Source: Eledone cirrhosa (lineage: Eukaryota). Taken from it: a DNA stretch of 64,000 bases. Where the stretch lies: NCBI GenBank assembly GCA_964016885.1, contig OZ024740.1, positions 440,634,001-440,698,000 on the forward strand. The letters are read 5' to 3'. The translations under genes and the position numbers were made by a program. The notes below the pieces were generated by a model, which was not told the DNA's origin, did not search any database, and worked only from the letters and a program-made list of their open reading frames with translations. Positions 56,267 through 64,000 of this stretch are shown in pieces; the stretch's first letter is position 1; every line of letters begins with the position of its first letter.

Positions 56267-58369
56267 ATGGCTACGAAAAAGAAATTTCATACGTCACTCC
56301 CACTCATTCCGTCTTCTTCTTCCTCAATCATCACTATAGCAGAGAAAAGATTGTCTCTCTCCCTCCCTTCTTTAAATGTGTCTCTCTCCCTCCCTTCTCT
56401 TTCGCAAGTGACGAAAGAAAAGAAAAGTCTCGTGCAAAGCGTGCAAGGTTTCTCCACGACGACGACGACAGCGACGAAACAGGTGTGCGGGAAATACGAA
56501 AACCCAGTTCATTCGTCTGACGTCAGGAATAACAGCAGTAGCAGCCGTAATAACAACAGCAACAGTGACAATGAAAACAACAGTAGCAGCCGCAACAGCA
56601 TCACCAGCAGCATAAACAACAACAGCATTAGCAGCAGCAACACCAACAACAACCACAGCAACAGCGGCGGAGGCAGTAGTCGTAGTACCTGCAGCAACAA
56701 CAAAAGTACCAGCAGCTCTGACAACAACAACAACAGCAGCAGCAGAGAAAACCCAATCTCATTTGCAGGTATTGCGAAAAACTTGGAAACAATCCTCATA
56801 ACAAATGAGGAATTAGAGGAAGCGAAGAAGATGGTGACAAAGAATGGACACCGAGCAATCTGCAAGGCAGCGGAAACATTTTTCGAAACCCAAGAGCACT
56901 GTACGGTCACGTACCGTACAGTAAGTATAAAATCCCGTAGGGTGGAAAGAGCCACAGAGGCCCAAATACAAAAAGCCTTGGGGTCTGTGTGGCAGCGGAA
57001 AACGCACATTACCCGAGGCAAAAAATATGCCACCGTAGACGTACTTTTTGCCACACCCCAGGAGGTAAAGGCCCAATCAGTAGTGACCCTAAGGAGCGAG
57101 GAAATGGTGTTGGTGCCCTCCTACTGCGGGCAAAAAATTGTGAGGGTCAAACTGACCCACGTCCCCCCCGGAATGGCCCCTTCTTGGCTAGCCGCGTCTG
57201 TCCTCGTCGGAATCGAGGACAAAACAACTGTACTGCAAGTACAGAAAAAAGTAAGAGAAGATTGGGTAGGCACCTCCATTGAGATGCTAATCCAAACCAA
57301 CCAGGAGTGCATCGAAGCTATCCCGGATGTGATAGACTTCGATAACGGCACTCAACTGCCCATAAGTGTTGAGGGCAAACGCCCGAAATGCTTTCGCTGT
57401 GGATCGAAGACTCACCTCAGGGCCTTCTGCAACGAGAAGACCCTGAGAAAGGAGAAAACTCCCCTCCTTCCGAATCCGGCTCCACGGCTACCAGCAACAG
57501 GACAAGCGGCAACCAGGAACGATAGGTCCGTGGCACCCATACCCACACCACGGAAATCAAAAACAGCAGCAGCAGTGGAAATATTAACAACAACAACAGC
57601 AATACCAAATGCAGCTGCAACAGAGACTCCAGTGCAAACATCACCAACAACAACAAGTGAAAGAGTGGAGCTGGTACCCCTCCCCGACCTTACAGAATCA
57701 GACATGGAGTGTGAGGTGGGAGAGGGATGGCAAAAGGTCGCAAGAAGGCACAAACGCAGAAGCAGCGCATCGTCGCCTTTGAAAAGGGAGGAAAGAAATG
57801 AGAAAAGGGTAAAGTCTACTGCAAAGAGACCCACAGCAGCAACACCACCAACACCATCACCACTCACACCAGCACCACCATCACCACCGGCGACAACCCC
57901 ACCGCCAACAACACCTTCAACACCACCACCACAAGCACCAACATCGCAAACACAACAACAAAACACACACACCCAGCAACAACGACAAGAAAATAGCAGA
58001 ACCACACCCCACCCCCAGAAAAACAAATGCACGGCAATAAACACACACAACAAGAAACTAATGACTTACATAATTGAACACACAGACATTTCACAACAGG
58101 ACTACATAATACCAGCACCAATCAAAACGCCAACTAACATAAGACTGCTAAAAATAGCACAGAAACAATACACAAACATTAAAACGAAATTCCCCAACGC
58201 AGTTGGTGATTTCAGGGACCTAGGAGGAACCATCAATCGAAGAGTATATTCAGACATTCTCTTAGAAGAGCCGACGACCAGCCGAAGGGACGATTCAACG
58301 GTCCCTTCACCAGACGATCAAGTGAAAAGGGATGTAAAAACCATCCCTCCTCTACCAAAAGTACGGTAA
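56267..58369 (+). CDS. LINE ORF1 protein (700 aa; zinc knuckle, S/N- and P/T/Q-rich regions)
   Basis: VEGKRPKCFRCGSKTHLRAFC; GWQKVARRHKRR. Confidence 0.88.
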   Translation: MATKKKFHTSLPLIPSSSSSIITIAEKRLSLSLPSLNVSLSLPSLSQVTKEKKSLVQSVQGFSTTTTTATKQVCGKYENPVHSSDVRNNSSSSRNNNSNSDNENNSSSRNSITSSINNNSISSSNTNNNHSNSGGGSSRSTCSNNKSTSSSDNNNNSSSRENPISFAGIAKNLETILITNEELEEAKKMVTKNGHRAICKAAETFFETQEHCTVTYRTVSIKSRRVERATEAQIQKALGSVWQRKTHITRGKKYATVDVLFATPQEVKAQSVVTLRSEEMVLVPSYCGQKIVRVKLTHVPPGMAPSWLAASVLVGIEDKTTVLQVQKKVREDWVGTSIEMLIQTNQECIEAIPDVIDFDNGTQLPISVEGKRPKCFRCGSKTHLRAFCNEKTLRKEKTPLLPNPAPRLPATGQAATRNDRSVAPIPTPRKSKTAAAVEILTTTTAIPNAAATETPVQTSPTTTSERVELVPLPDLTESDMECEVGEGWQKVARRHKRRSSASSPLKREERNEKRVKSTAKRPTAATPPTPSPLTPAPPSPPATTPPPTTPSTPPPQAPTSQTQQQNTHTQQQRQENSRTTPHPQKNKCTAINTHNKKLMTYIIEHTDISQQDYIIPAPIKTPTNIRLLKIAQKQYTNIKTKFPNAVGDFRDLGGTINRRVYSDILLEEPTTSRRDDSTVPSPDDQVKRDVKTIPPLPKVR

Positions 58370-58404
58370 GTGGTCTTTCCCATCTTTTCCACTCTATTTT
58401 AAAC

Positions 58405-61400
58405 ATGACCTCACTCAGAATAGGCAGCATAAATGCGCGTGGTTTGGGGTCGTCATGGAAGCAGGGTCACCTGCTCAACGACCTCAGGTCACTAAACATA
58501 GATGTAGTGGCCATCAGCGAGACCAGAATCTCCGAAGCACGGACCTTCGCACCGATCTTCGGCGGCTACGATGTGTACGCATCTCCCAGCCGTCCTGGAT
58601 CGGGTGGAGGAGTTGCTGTGCTTTTTCGGAGAGGTTTGGATCTCGCCATACGGGCCATCTTCCTGGACCCAGAGGGTAAGCTGGTGGTGCTGGACGTGAC
58701 CAGCGGAGACGGGCAAGCTTTCAGGCTAGTGGCCGTCTATGCCCCGACAGGAGCAGGGCGGCCTGATTTCTTCCGGCGTCTGGAGACCTTTCTTGGAACG
58801 TCCCGCTCTTTAGTGTTAGTGGGCGACTGGAACGGGATCTTAGATGCACGCTGGGACTGTGTGGGATTAGCGGATAGGGGTGGAGGGTGCAAGAGCCTCA
58901 CCAACCTGCTCAGGCGTTTTGAACTGTCTGACAGGTACCGATTGGATTTCCCGAATGTGCCAATGTGGACTTGGACAAACCGCATAGGGTCATCCAGATC
59001 ATATCTAGATAGAGTATTTTGTAGGGAAATAGATAGGTCTAGCATAGGCTGTCCACAATTCAAGATAGTCAGCTACACGGACCTCAAATTCGTGACCTGT
59101 GTGCTTGACTTAGATAGGCTTCATAGACGAGGACCCGGCTACTGGAAGCTAAACGCGTCCTTACCAGCGCGCAAGGCCTACAGAGACCGGATTAGCGAAC
59201 TAGTTAAGCGGGCGTTGACGGGGGCCATCGTCAACAACAAGTGGTGGTTTGCTCTGAAAAGAGCGATTAGAATAGAATCGATTAGGTTTAGTAAGGCTTT
59301 AGCAATAGAGAAAAATAGAGCAGAGGGAGAACTAGTTAGAAAATTAGACGAGGCGCTTAGCAAAGGCATTGCGACCGACGTGCTTGCGGCGAAATTGGCC
59401 CTTGACCAATTCTTCAATGCAAAGCACGAAGGCTGCGTTGTCAGAGCTAGGGTGCGTGCTCTCAGACACGAGGGGACGAAAGCCGTTCAATGGGCCCGAG
59501 TGGCGGAGGCGCGTCGTGGCAACAAAGCCACGATCCGGTCTTTGGTGGACCACGACGGGCGCATGCTACTCGATCCCGGGCAAATGTGTGAAGCTTTTCA
59601 GCGACACTTCGCTCAGCTGTTCGGGGGCAGCGGGGGGCCGGGTAGAGGGATGGACTTTAGTGTCTACCTCGACGGACTGCCGCGGCTCTCGGCCACTGAG
59701 GCGAAGTGTTGCGAAAAGCCGATAACAGCCGCTGAAGTACGGGAGGCAATGACTGGCTGCACAAGGGGTAAATCGCCTGGTTTGGATGGTCTGCCCTATG
59801 AACTTTACGTACAGATGCCAGACTTGTTCGGAGGCCTCTTGGCGGACGTCTACTGCAACTTGCAACAGAACGGGAGAATTCCCAGTTCTGTGAGCCGAGG
59901 AGCGGTGGCACTGCTGAGAAAGGATCCGAACAAGGGGGATAACATAGACAATTTCCGGCCCATAACTCTGCTAAACACAGAGTTTAAGATTTTGGCCAAG
60001 GTGCTAGCAAAGAGGTTGGCGCTTGTCGTTGGTGGTCTGGTGGGAGAGGCGCAGACATGCGCCATTCCCGACAGATCCATCCACGACAACCTCCACCTCA
60101 TGCGATACATCGTAGAGAGGGTAGCTAGGGAACCTGGCACGGGTGGGTCCTTGATCAATTTAGATCAGTCGAAAGCTTTCGATAGGGTCGACCATCGTTA
60201 CCTAGCGGCAGTCCTGAGGGCGGCTGGCTTTGGGCCCGTCTTCAGAGGCTGGATCGCTGCCATGCACAGCGACATCTGCTCTGTGGTGAGAGTGAACGGT
60301 CACCTGTCGGAACCGTTCAACATCATGCGCTCGGTCCGCCAAGGATGTCCCCTCTCGTCCCTCTTGTACGTATTGACTCTCGAGCCATTACTGCACAAAC
60401 TGGAGACGTTGAGGGGAGTCCCGCGCGAACTAGGATGCGGAAGATCCGTGTCAGCATATGCGGACGATGTCACCGTAGTGGTGTCGAACGCCAAACACAT
60501 CGAGGCGATCGGCACTACACTAAGAGAATACGAAGCGGTGACAGGAGCAATGATCAACCAGGAAAAGTTAGTGGGCCTGCAGCTCGGCACCTGGAGAGGC
60601 AGGTCCATGCCGTCCAACAGCGTCGTCGGGCGCTGGACGGACGGACCGGTTAAATTGCTAGGAGTCTGGTTCGGTCCGGACCTCCAGACGGACAAAAACT
60701 GGGACGAGGTGACGAGCAGGGTGGCTTCTCTCACCCAGAAATGGGCGGAGAGGAAGCTATCCCTGAAAGGTCGAGCGGAGGTGGCTAACGCGTACATCGC
60801 GTCTGTCATCTGCTACCGCCTAACCGTCGTACCTTGTCCTAAGCCTCGCCTGACTGCGCTGGAGCGTTTGCTCTTTCGCTTTTTGTGGAAGGGACGTGCT
60901 CCGATGGTCAGGCGGTCCATCTGTTGTCAACACCCGCTACGTGGAGGGCTGGGCATGCCGTGGCTGATGATGCGCAGGCACGCGCTCAGGCTACGACATC
61001 TCCACCTCTTCCTCGACGGTGATCAGGTGTGGTCGCCGTTTGCTAGACGCGTTTTTCCCCAGCTCGTTTCCTTGACGGAGCTGCAGTCCTGGGTCAAGCG
61101 AAGACCGAGAGGGAGCGCCTGGAGACTGGAATGTCTTCAGGCGCTCACAGCCCTCGACCAATCGGGCAATGTGATCGGTGGAAACTCCACCTCGGCGTTC
61201 TATAGAGGATTAGTGGAGGGGAAGAGCGACGACGTACTTGGGGAAACTCTAGGCGTCGACGAAAATCAACTAGCCAATCTCTTCGGAAGAACTTTCGGGC
61301 CAGGGCCTATGGACAACTTCCAGAAATCTCTGGCCTGGCAGTGCTACCGAGGAGCCTTGCCAGTTCGGGATAAACTCTACAGGCATGGAGGTGCCGTCAG

Positions 61401-61824
61401 CCGGGCATGTCCGAGATGCGCGCAGGGCGACGAAACCGTCCTGCACGCACTCATCCAGTGTCCGAAAATTGCTGACTTGTGGGTTTATGTCGAACACCTG
61501 CTGTCGCGTTTAGGACGGATCCAGCTATCATCTGAGTCTATCGTGAGGATTGCCCCGCCCTCCTCCTTTAGCCGGGAAGGGCAGGCAGTTTTTATCTGTC
61601 TGGTGGCCATGGCGAAAGAGATAGTATGGTGGACACGTTTGAAAGGGCTGAAGACGAGCACTTACCTCTTCGGTGATGCTCTGATTGACTTTTTCAAATT
61701 TCATTTGAAAAGGAAAATCAGAGTAGAGAAGGAAGTGCTCTCTTCCCAGCATTTTGTTGAAAGATGGGTGAGAGAAGCAAGAATGGCCCGAGTGAATGGG
61801 CCGACTCTGAGTATATATCTGTAA
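58405..61824 (+). CDS. LINE ORF2 protein (1139 aa; APE endonuclease, reverse transcriptase, CCHC finger)
   Basis: INARGL, ISET, GDWN, YLDR, KSPGLDG, FRPITLLN, KAFDRVDH, RQGCPLS, YADD, CPRC..H...C. The APE terminal motif reads TDLK rather than SDHK. Confidence 0.95.
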   Translation: MTSLRIGSINARGLGSSWKQGHLLNDLRSLNIDVVAISETRISEARTFAPIFGGYDVYASPSRPGSGGGVAVLFRRGLDLAIRAIFLDPEGKLVVLDVTSGDGQAFRLVAVYAPTGAGRPDFFRRLETFLGTSRSLVLVGDWNGILDARWDCVGLADRGGGCKSLTNLLRRFELSDRYRLDFPNVPMWTWTNRIGSSRSYLDRVFCREIDRSSIGCPQFKIVSYTDLKFVTCVLDLDRLHRRGPGYWKLNASLPARKAYRDRISELVKRALTGAIVNNKWWFALKRAIRIESIRFSKALAIEKNRAEGELVRKLDEALSKGIATDVLAAKLALDQFFNAKHEGCVVRARVRALRHEGTKAVQWARVAEARRGNKATIRSLVDHDGRMLLDPGQMCEAFQRHFAQLFGGSGGPGRGMDFSVYLDGLPRLSATEAKCCEKPITAAEVREAMTGCTRGKSPGLDGLPYELYVQMPDLFGGLLADVYCNLQQNGRIPSSVSRGAVALLRKDPNKGDNIDNFRPITLLNTEFKILAKVLAKRLALVVGGLVGEAQTCAIPDRSIHDNLHLMRYIVERVAREPGTGGSLINLDQSKAFDRVDHRYLAAVLRAAGFGPVFRGWIAAMHSDICSVVRVNGHLSEPFNIMRSVRQGCPLSSLLYVLTLEPLLHKLETLRGVPRELGCGRSVSAYADDVTVVVSNAKHIEAIGTTLREYEAVTGAMINQEKLVGLQLGTWRGRSMPSNSVVGRWTDGPVKLLGVWFGPDLQTDKNWDEVTSRVASLTQKWAERKLSLKGRAEVANAYIASVICYRLTVVPCPKPRLTALERLLFRFLWKGRAPMVRRSICCQHPLRGGLGMPWLMMRRHALRLRHLHLFLDGDQVWSPFARRVFPQLVSLTELQSWVKRRPRGSAWRLECLQALTALDQSGNVIGGNSTSAFYRGLVEGKSDDVLGETLGVDENQLANLFGRTFGPGPMDNFQKSLAWQCYRGALPVRDKLYRHGGAVSRACPRCAQGDETVLHALIQCPKIADLWVYVEHLLSRLGRIQLSSESIVRIAPPSSFSREGQAVFICLVAMAKEIVWWTRLKGLKTSTYLFGDALIDFFKFHLKRKIRVEKEVLSSQHFVERWVREARMARVNGPTLSIYL

Positions 61825-62083
61825 ACTAAAGGTGGAAAACTGGGAGAGGGCACTTGCCTTGGTGGTCAGGGTCATTGTGGCTTTTTACTGGGCTTTCTCC
61901 ACAAATGTCCCTCCGAAGTCTCCCCCCTATTGGGGAATTTTTCATTGTTATTTTCATTGTTATTTTTGTTACATCCTCTGTTTTTGTTTTTTACACGCAG
62001 AAATGCCCATTTGTACCGTCCTGCATTGTCCTGCACTGTCCTTAATGTCTACTTTATGTAAACCCTTGTGGTTAATAAAGAAA

Positions 62084-62130
<47 letters not shown>

Positions 62131-64000
62131 TGCATTTATCTTGCTTTATGTTTATACGAGTTATCACCAAGTCACAACCAGTGACCTCAAGAGACAACAA
62201 GGTCCGCCATGTTCAAGAAAGAACACACATACTCACACATGCATCCTTAGTGTTTAGACTTGTGATGTACTTATATTGACAGGATCTTCCTTAGTATATG
62301 GGCAGTTCCCATTAGTACTATCTTTTGTATTTCTCCTATACGCGGGTTTCCTGGGATTTGCGATAAGTAGTCGTTAGACCCCTTAGGTATCATTCCCAGA
62401 GCGCCTACAACCACTGGTATTGTTTTAGTTCTCAATTTCCACATTTTTCCAATTTCTATCTCCAGGTCCTTATACTTGCTCAATTTTTCAAATGTTTTTA
62501 TAGATACATTCTTGTCTATTGGAACAGACATATCAATTAGCAGGCATACCCTCCTTTGAAAGTCCTTCAATATTATATCAGGTCTATTTGCATCTATTTT
62601 TCGGTCTGTTTGGATCCTAAAGTTCCACAAGATTGAGATGTGATCTTTTTCAAGTATGGGAGGTGGTTGATGCTCCCACCAATTCTTTTGATGGGGCAGG
62701 TCAAAATGCTTACACATTATCCAATGTATGTATTGTGCAGCTCTGTCATGCCTGTTTAGGTATTCGGTTGGAGCTATAGGACTGCACATTGAAATTATAT
62801 GGTCAATGGTCTCTGGTTGTTTTTTGCATACACGGCATAATGGGCTGCACCCATTTTTTATTATGTTGGCTTGGTAATTTTTTGTTGGCAGACACTGATC
62901 TTGTGCCGATATAATCAGTCCTTCAGTCTCCGATTTCAGTCCAGAGGATGCCAACCACTGATGGGTTAAAGTTTTGTCAACATCAGGATTGTTAGCTCGC
63001 TCTGGGTATTTTCCATACAGAGGCTTTTCTTGCCATTTCTTAGACAGTTTCTGTAGCAGTTCTTTCTTTGCAGTTACTTTTACCTGCTTTGCTTTTTCTG
63101 TGTTTTCCATTTCAGCAGTAAATGGGACTTCTGAAATTTGTAGTCCATTACTGTATCTTTGTGCATCTTTTGTAATGGAATATGATCTTTTGGTGCTTTC
63201 GTGTTTCAAAACGAGTTTGATCATCCAATCATGTGATTCCCTTAGATATGTGGATAATCCAATTGTTGCAGTTTTCAACGCAATGTCTAACTGGATTAAC
63301 CCACGTCCTCCTTCTTTCCTAGGGAGATATATTCTATCTATGTCTGCCTTAGGGTGATGCATTCTGTGCATGGTTAAGAATTTTCGGATTTTTGTATCGA
63401 GCCTACGGATCTCTGTGCATGACCAGTTGATGACATTGTAACTGTAGGTTACTACTGGTATGGCAAGCGTGTTTATGGCATCGATCCTATTCCTTGCATT
63501 CAATTCCGTTCTTAAGATTGCTCTGACTCTGCGGTAACATTCCTTCCTTATCCTTTCCCTCATTGTCGAGTGCTTGATTCCGTCTCCTTCACAAACACCT
63601 AGATATTTGTAAGTTTGTTCTTGATCAAGCTCTCTTATCACGTTCCCCCGATCAAGATTAATGTCTGAACTCTTCAGCAGCTTTCCTCTGGTGAACGTTG
63701 CTTTGGCGCATTTATCCAGTCCAAACTCCATTTTAATGTCATCACTGAACTGCTTCACAGTGGATAATAGTCCTTGCAATTGTTCATCATTTTTTGCAAA
63801 TAGTTTCAGGTCATCCATGTAGAACAGGTGATTAATGGTTTTGTCATAGACTCTATATCCATGTTTTGTTTCATTGAGCATTTTACTTAATGGTATAAGT
63901 GCGATGCAGAATAAAAGCGGTGATAAAGAGTCACCCTGAAAAATTCCACAATTAATGTTAACTTCTCCAGCTTCCAGTGATTTTGTTTCACTATTCAAAA
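62131..64000 (-). mobile_element. R4/Dong-like non-LTR retrotransposon (RT, CCHC, restriction-like endonuclease); ORF 62271..>63998 runs off the window
   Basis: GIFQGDSLSPLLF, HLFYMDDLKL, YKYLG, GGRGL, CRVC..ETIDHIISMC, RHD, RPDII, LIDMSVP, KLSKY; 3' end abuts (TAA)n. Confidence 0.92.

Larger units (their letters stand above)
56053..62085 (+). mobile_element. Full-length, apparently intact Tx1/L1-clade LINE inserted in (TTA)n
   Basis: 5' UTR, two uninterrupted ORFs, 3' UTR ending gtggttaataaagaaatc; (TTA)n on both sides. Confidence 0.95.

Noticed and set aside
56372-61497. Antisense and alternate-frame ORFs over the Tx1 element (likewise 15441-20741)
   Set aside because: Shadows of LINE coding sequence with no independent motifs

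Overview
AT-rich, repeat-saturated animal genomic DNA. The (AT)n load and SINE/LINE types suggest an octopus-like cephalopod (inference). No convincing host gene was found, and most short ORFs in the track are microsatellite or satellite artefacts. The window holds two near full-length Tx1/L1-clade LINEs (one intact), a CR1-like, an RTE-like and an R4/Dong-like LINE fragment, three Penelope-like element (PLE) RT/GIY-YIG remnants plus smaller GIY-YIG pieces, a deleted mariner, a MITE, tRNA-derived SINEs, a 33-bp minisatellite and a ~9-kb SINE-derived 73-77-bp satellite with higher-order repeats and a terminal inversion. The main hidden signal is about 20 type-I hammerhead ribozyme motifs from roughly ten unrelated PLE-terminal-repeat-like families, read by eye on both strands. 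Many sit in outward-facing fold-back inverted repeats and several are followed closely by AATAAA. They include recurrent non-canonical cores: compensatory U3-A8, U.U at the base of stem II, a stem-II-less form and long stem-II insertions. All structures were assigned manually and none was computed or tested.
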